Shown here one piece after another: positions 9,875-19,295 of a stretch of DNA of 64,000 nucleotides; the first letter of the stretch is position 1, and each line of letters begins with the position of its first letter. Under the pieces are notes generated by a model. The model was not told where the DNA came from. It made no database searches and saw only the letters and a program-made list of their open reading frames with translations. The translations under genes were made by a program, and so were the position numbers. The DNA comes from an uncultured Candidatus Cloacimonadota bacterium (GTDB lineage: Bacteria; Cloacimonadota; Cloacimonadia; Cloacimonadales; TCS61): NCBI GenBank assembly GCA_964604155.1, contig CAZRXY010000120.1:85-64084 (forward strand). The letters are read 5' to 3'.

Positions 9875-10462
9875 TTAGAAATTTAGACCGGCAAAACCGA
9901 GAAAGGCGAGAGCCATACATCCCGCAATCACGAAGGCAATGGGCATTCCTTTCATCATCTGTGGAACTTCTGCTTTATCCAGTCGTTCCCGCAGACCAGC
10001 CATCAAAAGCAGCACAAGCGTGAATCCGAAGCCGGAAAACAACCCGTTTAATATGGCACCCAGGAAGTTATAATCTTCCTGAATATTTAAAATGGAGACA
10101 CCCAGCACAGCACAATTTGTGGTGATGAGAGGCAAAAATACTCCCAGTGCCTTATATAGGGAGGGAGCAGTTTTTTGGATAACCATCTCCACCAGTTGCA
10201 CCAGAGAGGCAATAGTGAGTATGAAAGCGATTGTCTGCAGATATTGCAGATTATACGGGATCAAAAGATATTGCTGAATTAGCCAGGTGAAAGTGGAAGC
10301 CATAGTCATCACAAAGATAACCGCCATCCCCATACCGAGGGCGGAATCTATCTTCTTTGAAACGCCGATATAGGGGCAAAGTCCCAGGAATTTGGAAAGC
10401 ACAAAGTTATTAACAAAAATGGCAAAGACAGCTAAAGTGAATATTTGAGTGATAAAAGACAT
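9875..10462 (-). CDS. rnfA: Rnf complex subunit A
   Basis: A 195-aa polytopic membrane protein with the RnfA/NqrE pattern, in the rnf context. Confidence 0.92.
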   Translation of the reverse strand: MSFITQIFTLAVFAIFVNNFVLSKFLGLCPYIGVSKKIDSALGMGMAVIFVMTMASTFTWLIQQYLLIPYNLQYLQTIAFILTIASLVQLVEMVIQKTAPSLYKALGVFLPLITTNCAVLGVSILNIQEDYNFLGAILNGLFSGFGFTLVLLLMAGLRERLDKAEVPQMMKGMPIAFVIAGCMALAFLGFAGLNF

Positions 10463-10465
10463 TTT

Positions 10466-11068
10466 TTACCCCCTGCGTCCTTTATTGAGAATATTGATCA
10501 AACCCATCAGGAGACCCATAATAATAAAAGCACCGGGAGCCAGAATAGCAACCAGCATTGGGCTTTGGCTATAAGATGCGGGCATCACGCTCATTCCCAG
10601 CCATTGTCCGGCACCCAGGATCTCGCGAATTGATCCGATAATCATAAGTGCCAAGGTGAATCCTAAGCCCATCCCTAAGCCATCCATGATAGAAGGCAGC
10701 AGCTTATTCTTGCTGGCAAAGGCTTCTGCTCTGCCGAGGATAATGCAATTAACCACAATAAGGGGTATAAACAGCCCCAGGCTTTTGTGCACTGCCGGTG
10801 TGTAGGCATTCATCACCAGGTCAACAATAGTCACAAAGGAGGCAATAACGACGATGAAACATGGTATCCTGATTTTAGCAGGGATAAAATCTTTGATCAG
10901 AGAAATCATAATATTTGAGCAGACCAGCACGAAAGTGGCAGCTAAGCCCATACCGATGGCATTTTCTACCGATGAAGTGACAGCCAGGGTAGGGCATAGA
11001 CCCAGAGCCATAATGAAAACGGGATTTTCTTTGATAAATCCTTTTGAGAGTTCTTTCCATAAATTCAT
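10466..11068 (-). CDS. rnfE: Rnf complex subunit E
   Basis: A 200-aa polytopic membrane protein with the RnfE/NqrD pattern (NPVFIMALGLCP), in the rnf context. Confidence 0.92.
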   Translation of the reverse strand: MNLWKELSKGFIKENPVFIMALGLCPTLAVTSSVENAIGMGLAATFVLVCSNIMISLIKDFIPAKIRIPCFIVVIASFVTIVDLVMNAYTPAVHKSLGLFIPLIVVNCIILGRAEAFASKNKLLPSIMDGLGMGLGFTLALMIIGSIREILGAGQWLGMSVMPASYSQSPMLVAILAPGAFIIMGLLMGLINILNKGRRG

Positions 11069-11070
11069 TA

Positions 11071-11670
11071 TTATTCCTCCCTTCCCACTGCTTCAATGAG
11101 AACATGCAGTCCTTCTTCTATAGAGCTGCATACTGCTTTTGAGGTAATTGTTGCCCCTGTGAGAGATTTTATATCGCCGCCATCTTTATCGACCTTAAGT
11201 TGAGAAATACTTTTAGATAAAAAGCGGTTCTGGAAATCATCCGAGGCAGCATTGGCGCCCAGCCCGGGTGTTTCTGCCTGTTCTATCACTTTGATTTTCA
11301 AAATTTTCATATCTGTATTAACGCCGACCATGGTCTTCACCTGGCTGGAATAGCCATATTTACTGGCGACAAAGCTATAGCCCACCAATTCATCATTATC
11401 ATCATAAGCCAGATAATAGATAAATTGTCTGGGACCTGTATCAGCGGCATTTTTTAAAGGATTTTGGATTTCTTTTTGAGCTTCAAGCGTAGTAGTATGT
11501 AATTGAAATCTCACGGCTTCCGGGAGCACATCGCGGCGAGCTTCTTCTTCTGCCAGATTTTTATTTTCCCTGATCTTCTCAGATGTAAGACTATCTACAA
11601 AAGCCAGGATACCACTGGCGATAGCAGTGATGATCAATAAAACCAAGCCTAATTTAATAAAATAACTCAT
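11071..11670 (-). CDS. rnfG: Rnf complex subunit G (FMN-binding)
   Basis: N-terminal TM segment and the FMN attachment motif SLTGATITSKAV. Confidence 0.9.
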   Translation of the reverse strand: MSYFIKLGLVLLIITAIASGILAFVDSLTSEKIRENKNLAEEEARRDVLPEAVRFQLHTTTLEAQKEIQNPLKNAADTGPRQFIYYLAYDDNDELVGYSFVASKYGYSSQVKTMVGVNTDMKILKIKVIEQAETPGLGANAASDDFQNRFLSKSISQLKVDKDGGDIKSLTGATITSKAVCSSIEEGLHVLIEAVGREE

Positions 11671-12746
11671 TTTGCTGCCTCCCCGAAAGTTTTTGGTTTC
11701 GTCCAGCGATCAATGAGTGGCACAAAGCAATTCATGAGAAGAATGGAATAAGAGACGCCTTCTGGATAGCCGCCCCATAACCTGATTACGGCAGTGAGCA
11801 ATCCGCAGCCGATGCCAAAAATGATCATACCTTTTTTGGTCACCGGTGAAGTGACCATATCGGTTGCCATAAAAAAGGCGCCCAGCATCAGTCCACCGGA
11901 AAAGATATGATAAAATGGTAAAAGAATACTTGCGGAAAACAGACCATTTAGTCCGCCAAAGGCAAAAGTGAGGATAAAGACCGTGAGTATATAGGTGATA
12001 GGAATACGCCAGCTAATAATATAACGCAGAGCCAGAAAAGCAGCTCCAAACAAAAGAGCCAGAGCAGAGACTTCGCCTATCACACCGCCAATATTACCGA
12101 TAAAAAGCTGCGAAACCGTATCCAGGCTCGCCATCCTGTCCATTAATTGCTGTGCCAGTCCCGGGTCTGAGGCAGCCAGTTCGCGGACTGATTTCATTGC
12201 TGCCAAAGGTGTGGCAGAAGTGATAGTTTCGGGTACATTTGTGAGACTGGCAAAATTTAAACCATTGATGCTTCTGAAGACAAAGGAAAAAGCAGGCTGC
12301 GTTTTCGTCCAATTTGCAGTAACCAGAGAGGGCCAGCTTGCCAGAAGAAAAGCTCTTCCGAGCAGGGCGGGATTAAAGAGATTGTGCCCTAAGCCACCAA
12401 AGACCTGTTTTCCGATGGCAATAGCAAACACACTGCCAGCTACCGGCAGCCACCAGGGACTTGCCACATTAAGATTAAAAGCTATAAGGATTCCTGTAAC
12501 CACAGCCGAGCCATCGGTAATAGTCACCGGTATCTTCCTTAATTTCTGGATAAGATATTCTGTGATCACCGCTGCCATAACTGCGTAAGCTGTGAGCAGC
12601 AGAGACCTGCTGCCGAAAAAGAAAAATGCTGCCACCATAGCAGGAATCAAGGCTACCACTACCTGCCACATAATGGCACCCACAGTGATACTTTTTTCGT
12701 GCAGATGAGGAGCAGCGGATACTATAAATCTGTTGTTCATAATCAT
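11667..12746 (-). CDS. rnfD: Rnf complex subunit D
   Basis: A polytopic membrane protein with the NqrB/RnfD pattern, including MATDMVTSP. Confidence 0.92.
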   Translation of the reverse strand: MIMNNRFIVSAAPHLHEKSITVGAIMWQVVVALIPAMVAAFFFFGSRSLLLTAYAVMAAVITEYLIQKLRKIPVTITDGSAVVTGILIAFNLNVASPWWLPVAGSVFAIAIGKQVFGGLGHNLFNPALLGRAFLLASWPSLVTANWTKTQPAFSFVFRSINGLNFASLTNVPETITSATPLAAMKSVRELAASDPGLAQQLMDRMASLDTVSQLFIGNIGGVIGEVSALALLFGAAFLALRYIISWRIPITYILTVFILTFAFGGLNGLFSASILLPFYHIFSGGLMLGAFFMATDMVTSPVTKKGMIIFGIGCGLLTAVIRLWGGYPEGVSYSILLMNCFVPLIDRWTKPKTFGEAAK

Positions 12747-12753
12747 ACCTCCC

Positions 12754-14094
12754 CTATGCCTTAACCATCTGTTTTTGAGCCTGCATTTTTTTGGCTACTT
12801 CCAGTTTGCCGATATCTATCCACTGGATCAGCTTGATCTGGGCAGGACAGACAAAAGCACAGGAACCGCATTTCATGCAGTCCATCACGCCGAACTTCTG
12901 GCAGGTCTCCCAATCACCATATTTTGCCGCATTCACGATCATCACTGGAACCAGGTTCATAGGGCACACTTCCACGCAGCCACCGCAGCGGATGCAAGTG
13001 TGCTCCATATCTTTTGCAGCTTCTCTGCGATTAAATAGCAATAAACCTGAGCTACCCTTTGCCATAGGGGTATCCAGATCAGAGATGGCAAATCCCATCA
13101 TAGGTCCACCAGAAATTACTTTGTGAATATCTTCCGTAGTACCCTGGCAAAAATCTAAAAGTTCGCTGAAAAGCGTACCAATTCTGGCTTTAATATTTTT
13201 GGGAGTTTTCACGATCTTGCCGGAAACTGTGATCACGCGTTCTACGAGCGGCTTTTGATAGCGGATTGCATCATAAATTGCAATAGTGGTACCCACATTC
13301 TGCACCACAACACCCACCGCCATGGGCAGTCCGCCCTTATTGGGAACTTTGCGTCTGGTGCAGGCATAGATTAATTGCTTTTCTGCACCCTGGGGATATT
13401 TTAATCTAAGGGCATCAACGCGAATATTTGGTTCATCAGCCACTTTTTTACGCAGAAGCTTAATGCAATCCGGTTTGTTTGCCTCAATACCAATAATTCC
13501 CTGCTTAGCACCTAAAATCTTCATCACCAGCTTTAAGCCTTCGATGATTTCGTCCGGTTTTTCCAGCATAAGGCGATAATCTGCCGTGAGATAGGGCTCG
13601 CATTCCACGCCATTGATTATCACTGTATCAATTGGCTTGTCTGCTGGTGGTGAAAGCTTTACATGCGTGGGAAATCCTGCCCCGCCCATGCCGCAAATGC
13701 CGGCATCTGCGATGCGTTTTTTCATCTCATCGGTGGGCAGGCAGGCATAAGCTTCATCATCCTGCATCTCTATCCAGCGGTCTGTGTCATCGCCTGTGAT
13801 TTCAATTGCCATTCCGCGATTGCCGGAAGGATGAGGAAATTCCGCTATTTTGGTGACCTTGCCAGATATGGGTGCGTGCATTGGAATGGAAACGAATCCG
13901 CCAGGGTCTGCAATTTTTTCACCGGCAAGCACTTCATCTCCCACCTTCACAATTGGTTTGGAAGGGGCTCCTATATGCTGTGAAAGATGCACATAAACCT
14001 TTTTAGGAATGGGCATCTCTTCTATCGCAGAGCCACGGGAATATTCCTTGTTATCGTGGGAATGAACACCACCAGGGAATGTTTTAAGTCCCAT
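12754..14094 (-). CDS. rnfC: Rnf complex subunit C
   Basis: Barrel-sandwich N-domain (KVGDEVLAGEKI..APISGKVTKI), GMGGAGFP, and two CxxCxxCxxxCP clusters. I moved the start to the ATG at 14094 (MGLKTFPGGVH, AAGGGGAG upstream) instead of the track start at 14151. Confidence 0.92.
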   Translation of the reverse strand: MGLKTFPGGVHSHDNKEYSRGSAIEEMPIPKKVYVHLSQHIGAPSKPIVKVGDEVLAGEKIADPGGFVSIPMHAPISGKVTKIAEFPHPSGNRGMAIEITGDDTDRWIEMQDDEAYACLPTDEMKKRIADAGICGMGGAGFPTHVKLSPPADKPIDTVIINGVECEPYLTADYRLMLEKPDEIIEGLKLVMKILGAKQGIIGIEANKPDCIKLLRKKVADEPNIRVDALRLKYPQGAEKQLIYACTRRKVPNKGGLPMAVGVVVQNVGTTIAIYDAIRYQKPLVERVITVSGKIVKTPKNIKARIGTLFSELLDFCQGTTEDIHKVISGGPMMGFAISDLDTPMAKGSSGLLLFNRREAAKDMEHTCIRCGGCVEVCPMNLVPVMIVNAAKYGDWETCQKFGVMDCMKCGSCAFVCPAQIKLIQWIDIGKLEVAKKMQAQKQMVKA

Positions 14095-14252
14095 AGTTAC
14101 TCCCCTTATATCTAATTTTATATTTTTTCGAGCCAATATCCGAACCACCACTCACCTTGCAAGTAATTTTTTACAGTCGCCATCCCGTCGGGAAATTATA
14201 TTATAAACGATATAAATATAATCAAAGCGTAGAATGGGGTTATAAAAGTAAT

Positions 14253-15467
14253 TTATTTTGGGAAATACTTCTCAATTTTCTGGAATACATCGAACCAGGT
14301 GTTTTCTGCCATCAAGTTTTTTACAGATGCCGGTTTTATTTTCATCTGCATTACATCCAAAATTGCCTCGCTGAGATTGACAAAATACGTGGGAAGGGAA
14401 CTTATGTCAGGCCTATCTATATAAATTAATTTTGGCATATTAACAAATTTAACGAGTCCGGAGCGGATAATCTTATTTCCCATCCATTCACGAAGCCCGG
14501 GGAGGTCATTAACAACTACAGGCAGCCCACAGGCTAAAGCTTCTATAAGCACCAGTGGCAGCCCCTCATAGTAGGAAGGCAGGATAAATGCATCGCTTTC
14601 ACGAAATTTTTCAGCCAGTTCCTGCTGTGTAATAATGCCGGTAAAAATTACTGGGAAATCAAGTTCTTCAGCAATTTTTTTGAGCTTATCCACCTGATTT
14701 TCACTACCAGAACCACACAGAGTGAGCGTTATTTTCTGATTTGCGAAAGTAGAAATAAATTCCAAAACTTTTAACAGCTCTCTTAATCCTTTAGCGTAAG
14801 AAATCTTCCCTGCGTAAACCAGTTTTTTTACTTTGTTTTTCTTTTTCTTTTTGGGAGGATAAAAAATTGCCGGGTCATAGCCATTACCTGTAATGGCAAT
14901 TTTTGCTGGTTCGATTTTAAATTCAGCGTTAATTTTTTCTTTCTGTGAATTATTAAGAGCAAAAACCATTTCTGCTTTTTGCAAAAGAGGCATCACTTCG
15001 GAGGCACGTTGGGGGCAGAAATCCTTCTGTCTGAGAGCGGTGCCGTGCGAGATCAGAAAAACGGGGATATCCTTAACCTGCTTGCAGGCGATAGCTGAGA
15101 GCATCCAAAGGTGATGCGAGAGAATGAGATCGGGCTGGAATTCCTCTAGAGCACTTTTGAGCTTTGATTCAAAGGCAGCTCGCCACTGCTTCAGAATCTT
15201 TCCTTTCAGTTCACTGTATTTCGTGCTGCAATAGGGCATCACATCGCTCATTCCTGCTACGGGGATGGGTAAATCTTCTGTCTCGAACCAGACGGGATAC
15301 AACTTGACTGGTGTGTATGTATCAAAGCTTACTTCGTCCCTGAAGGGAATGCCACACAGGACTGCCTGCTCGTAGCCTGCCTCATCTGCTATCTTAACCA
15401 TAGCCCGCAAATGAATTCCGCTGCCGGTATAGCCGGGTCTCTGTGCCAGTAGATGCAGTATTTTCAT
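14253..15467 (-). CDS. glycosyltransferase, GT4-like
   Basis: C-terminal GT-B motif PSYYEGLPLVLIEALACGLPVVV. Confidence 0.85.
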   Translation of the reverse strand: MKILHLLAQRPGYTGSGIHLRAMVKIADEAGYEQAVLCGIPFRDEVSFDTYTPVKLYPVWFETEDLPIPVAGMSDVMPYCSTKYSELKGKILKQWRAAFESKLKSALEEFQPDLILSHHLWMLSAIACKQVKDIPVFLISHGTALRQKDFCPQRASEVMPLLQKAEMVFALNNSQKEKINAEFKIEPAKIAITGNGYDPAIFYPPKKKKKNKVKKLVYAGKISYAKGLRELLKVLEFISTFANQKITLTLCGSGSENQVDKLKKIAEELDFPVIFTGIITQQELAEKFRESDAFILPSYYEGLPLVLIEALACGLPVVVNDLPGLREWMGNKIIRSGLVKFVNMPKLIYIDRPDISSLPTYFVNLSEAILDVMQMKIKPASVKNLMAENTWFDVFQKIEKYFPK

Positions 15468-15488
15468 TTTTCTTAACCCCCTCTTAGA

Positions 15489-17204
15489 TTAAAATAGGTT
15501 TCTGGTATATAAATTATAGTAATAATTCTTCATTTCCATCAATTGCCGGTGCGAGCCGGATTCGATAATTCTGCCTAATTTGAGCACATAAATTTTATCA
15601 GCTTTGCGGACTGTGCTTAGTCTGTGTGCAATAATAATAGTGGTTCTATCTTTTGCCAGCACTTCCATAGCATTTTGGATATGCTCCTCAGATTCGGAAT
15701 CCAGTGAAGAAGTGGCTTCATCAAAAATGAGGATGGGTGGATTTTTTAGAAAAGCCCGGGCAATAGAAATTCTCTGCTTCTGACCACCGGAGAGCTTAAC
15801 TCCCCGCTCACCCACCAGCGTGTCAAATTTATCCGGCAGTGAATCTATAAAATCATAAATATTAGCTTTCCGGGCAGCTTCCATGAGCTCTTCATCACTG
15901 GCAGAAGGATTGCCGTATAAGATATTTTCCCGGATCGAGGTATCGAAAAGGAAGATATTCTGCTGCACAATTCCTATATTCTCACGCAATGATCTCTGCT
16001 GGATATCAAGAATATCCTGCCCGTCTATCAGGATTTTCCCTTCCTGCACTTCATAAAATCTGGGAATCAAGGCAGCCAGCGTGCTCTTGCCGGCTCCCGA
16101 TTCACCCACAAAAGCAATAGTCTTGCCGGCAGGAATATCCAGATCGATGAACCTGAGCACCCAGTCCTGAGATTCGTTGTAACGAAAACTGAGATTATCG
16201 ATTTTTACGCTGCCTTTTATCTTACTGAGAGCTATGGCATTGGGTTTATCATTGATCTCCGGCTCTATATCCATGATCTCCAAAAAACGCTCAAATGCTG
16301 CGGCACCCTGCTGAAACTGCTCTACGAAATTTATCAGCCGATTGATGGGATTTAATATGAAATTTATATACAGCGTAAATGCCAGCAAATCTGCTACATC
16401 CAGCCTGTCATGAAAAAGCAGCCAGCAACCTGCACCTATCACAAAAAGATAATAGAAATCTGTAAGAAAAGCCATACCGCCATGAAAAACTGCCATTAAT
16501 TTATACATCACTTCTTTTGCGATGCGAAAATTATCATTAACTGTCGAAAACTTATCTATCTCCACACCCTCATTGGCATAAGATTTTACCACTCGGATGC
16601 CCTGCACCGAATTTTCTACACTGGAATTAATGTCTGCTATTCTTTTTCGCACGGTTCTAAACCCGCTTTTCATCTTTCTGCCGTAAGTGAGACCCCAATA
16701 CATTAAAAGGGGCACGGGAATAAGGGCAAATAATGCCAGGGTAGAATTAAACTGAAACATGGCAATAAATGAACCAACGATCATAAGCACCGAAATCAGC
16801 AAATCTTCGGGGGCATGATGCGCCACCTCTGCTATCATATTTAGATCATTGGAAATCCGTGACATTATATGACCAGTTTTGGTATTATCGAAATAGGTAA
16901 AAGAAAGCTTCTGGATATGGCGAAAGATATCTGAGCGCATATCATATTCCATGCGGACACCCAGGATATGACCCCAGCGGATGCGGATATAATTAAAAAT
17001 TGCTCTGAATATAAAGATAAAAAGCATCACAACCAGCGATAGCACGATCATCCTCACATCTTTATCGGGCACATAAGTTTTTAGCAGCGTCCTTGTGAGT
17101 ATAGGGAAAAAAATAGAAAGCAAAGCGGATAGCACTGCCACGCCCATATCCAAAAAGAATAACCCCCGGTGAGGCTTGTAATAATTCAAAAAGCGTTTTA
17201 CCAT
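15489..17204 (-). CDS. ABC transporter, fused permease/ATPase (MsbA/multidrug exporter type)
   Basis: Six-TM domain, Walker A GESGAGKST, signature LSGGQKQR and Walker B ILIFDEATS. I set the start at the ATG at 17204 (AAAGGAG 5 nt upstream). Confidence 0.9.
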   Translation of the reverse strand: MVKRFLNYYKPHRGLFFLDMGVAVLSALLSIFFPILTRTLLKTYVPDKDVRMIVLSLVVMLFIFIFRAIFNYIRIRWGHILGVRMEYDMRSDIFRHIQKLSFTYFDNTKTGHIMSRISNDLNMIAEVAHHAPEDLLISVLMIVGSFIAMFQFNSTLALFALIPVPLLMYWGLTYGRKMKSGFRTVRKRIADINSSVENSVQGIRVVKSYANEGVEIDKFSTVNDNFRIAKEVMYKLMAVFHGGMAFLTDFYYLFVIGAGCWLLFHDRLDVADLLAFTLYINFILNPINRLINFVEQFQQGAAAFERFLEIMDIEPEINDKPNAIALSKIKGSVKIDNLSFRYNESQDWVLRFIDLDIPAGKTIAFVGESGAGKSTLAALIPRFYEVQEGKILIDGQDILDIQQRSLRENIGIVQQNIFLFDTSIRENILYGNPSASDEELMEAARKANIYDFIDSLPDKFDTLVGERGVKLSGGQKQRISIARAFLKNPPILIFDEATSSLDSESEEHIQNAMEVLAKDRTTIIIAHRLSTVRKADKIYVLKLGRIIESGSHRQLMEMKNYYYNLYTRNLF

Positions 17205-17659
17205 TATATCTCCTTTTATCATTCTGATCCGCCTCAGATACCCATAACATCTCCACTATCTCAGATAGAACATATTTCCTCCTCAATCCGTGACAAAATC
17301 CCACATCCTCTTTTGACGTCAATCAGGTTTTTTTTAACCGGCATGCCCTCGAAAATATTTTTTTTTGAATAACTCATATGCTGCAATGCAGGGGCAGCAG
17401 GTTCTCGCCTGAAGGCAAAAATTTTTAGGCTGCCTCTTGGTGAGGCGGGAAGCGGGAGACGGGGAATTAAAATGATTAGCCCCGTTCTTTTAGCTCGGGG
17501 TGGGCAATAATTTATTCATTCATAAATATTGTGTTAGGTTAGAAAAACGGTGAGATGCCTGGTTTTTTATACCTGGTTCTGGTAGATAAATCTTGACTTT
17601 TGGTAGGGGGGATTGTCTATTAGCCTGTAGATTTTTGGAATATGTTTCGGAGGATAATT

Positions 17660-19267
17660 ATGAGAAGTTTTATTATTATTTTTATGCTGCTTTCGGGGGT
17701 ATTGCTTTTTGCAGAGGGCACTTTATTTGTGGGGCTTGAGGGTTCCACGCCGGCAACTTTTTCTTCTGATATGGAAGGTTTCCCCAATATAAACTGGACT
17801 CAGCATTTTTCTATGAATGTATCTGGAGCCGCTGCCACGCCTGACGGCAGGATATATCTTTGTGAAGGGGCATTCACAACTCATTTGTATCAAGCGGGCT
17901 TGAATGAGAACCCGCAGCAGCTTTGCACTATTGCAAATGACATGAGTGCTTTGGCATATGGCAGAGAAACGCTGTGGGGATATTCTAATTATGCTTCACC
18001 GCGGGGGATATACAGCATAGATACAGCAAGCGGAGCTACTGAGCTGGCACTTGATGTGGGAGCTTATCGGTTTTTTGCGTTGGATTATAATCCTGAGGAT
18101 GATCTTTTTTATGGCTACACAGAGTATGGCACATCGGGCTTGTATTCAATTGATATAGACAGTGGAGAGATGATCCAGCTTACGGGGTCTATCCCGGCAA
18201 CTAACGGGCAGGGTCGCGGGATGGCAGTGGGAGATAACACAGCCTTTCTCACTGCAACGCGAGGGGACGACGGGATTCCCTACTTTGCCTATGATATTTC
18301 TCAAGGTGTAGGAGGAGAATGGGTAGAATTTCCCAATCCTTATCCAGAATATCATTCCACCGGAGGTGCAGCCTGGATAGCTGCGCCGGATGAGGAGGTG
18401 ATCATAAGCGGCAGGATAGTGAGAAATGATTTTCCCGAGATGGGATTAGCAGATTGCGAGATAATATTGGAAGGTGAGATGAGCTATCAAACGGTAACTG
18501 ATGAAAATGGAGATTTTGTGCTAGCGGAAATAGCCTTTAATGCGAATTATGATCTGGAAATTTTTCATCCTGGATTCCACTTGTATTTAGATGATATCAC
18601 AGTAGGAATAGAAGATATAGATCTGGGTACAATTATTCTCATGGAAATTGCCTATCCGGTAGAATTTGTGTTTGCAGAAGAAACCGTGCAGTATGAGGAA
18701 GTAACTGTCACGTGGCAGATAGCGGCGCCAGATTCGAGGGTATTAGAAAGCTTTACGCTGTATCGTTTTTTGGAAAGCTTTAGTGCAGTTCCGGCTCTCT
18801 GGGATATGCTGGCAGAAGAATTAATGGAAGATGAGTACATCGATGAAGGCTGGTCTGAGCTGCCTGCCAATCTCTGGCAATATGCAGTAGTGGCAAATTA
18901 TACAGGTGGAGTGCAATCTGTGGCAGTGCTATCTAATCCCCTTGAGAAGATAGTCACGGAAACCGATGGTAATGCTGTTCCTTTTACAACTTGCCGGATT
19001 AATTCCATCTTTCCAAATCCCTTTAATCCCACAGTAGTTATTGAATATTCGCTATCCGAAACCGTCATGATAGACCTGGGAATATATAACCTCAAGGGAC
19101 AACTGGTGAAAATTTTAGTTAGCAGCAATCAAAATGCAGGAAGTTATAGTACAAACTGGCAGGGGACTGATGAGGCAGGTAATGAAATGCCTTCCGGCTT
19201 GTATCTTTTTGTCTTAAAGAGTAATGGAGCGATTTCGCAGACAAAAAAAGTGATGCTGCTCAAATAA
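17660..19267 (+). CDS. secreted protein with T9SS-type C-terminal sorting domain
   Basis: Signal peptide after the ATG at 17660 (GGAGGA upstream), a carboxypeptidase-regulatory-like beta-sandwich segment (GRIVRND..TDENGDFVL), and a C-terminal FPNPFNPTVVIEYSL..GLYLFVLK..KKVMLLK. Confidence 0.75.
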   Translation: MRSFIIIFMLLSGVLLFAEGTLFVGLEGSTPATFSSDMEGFPNINWTQHFSMNVSGAAATPDGRIYLCEGAFTTHLYQAGLNENPQQLCTIANDMSALAYGRETLWGYSNYASPRGIYSIDTASGATELALDVGAYRFFALDYNPEDDLFYGYTEYGTSGLYSIDIDSGEMIQLTGSIPATNGQGRGMAVGDNTAFLTATRGDDGIPYFAYDISQGVGGEWVEFPNPYPEYHSTGGAAWIAAPDEEVIISGRIVRNDFPEMGLADCEIILEGEMSYQTVTDENGDFVLAEIAFNANYDLEIFHPGFHLYLDDITVGIEDIDLGTIILMEIAYPVEFVFAEETVQYEEVTVTWQIAAPDSRVLESFTLYRFLESFSAVPALWDMLAEELMEDEYIDEGWSELPANLWQYAVVANYTGGVQSVAVLSNPLEKIVTETDGNAVPFTTCRINSIFPNPFNPTVVIEYSLSETVMIDLGIYNLKGQLVKILVSSNQNAGSYSTNWQGTDEAGNEMPSGLYLFVLKSNGAISQTKKVMLLK

Positions 19268-19295
19268 AAAACACCAGATATCTTTGGAGGTTATT

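Noticed and set aside
17381-17520. A possible third copy of the dispersed repeat in the ABC transporter / T9SS cargo intergenic region (shared words gattagccc and gcgggaga).
   Set aside because: Only short words match and no collinear alignment could be built by hand in either orientation.
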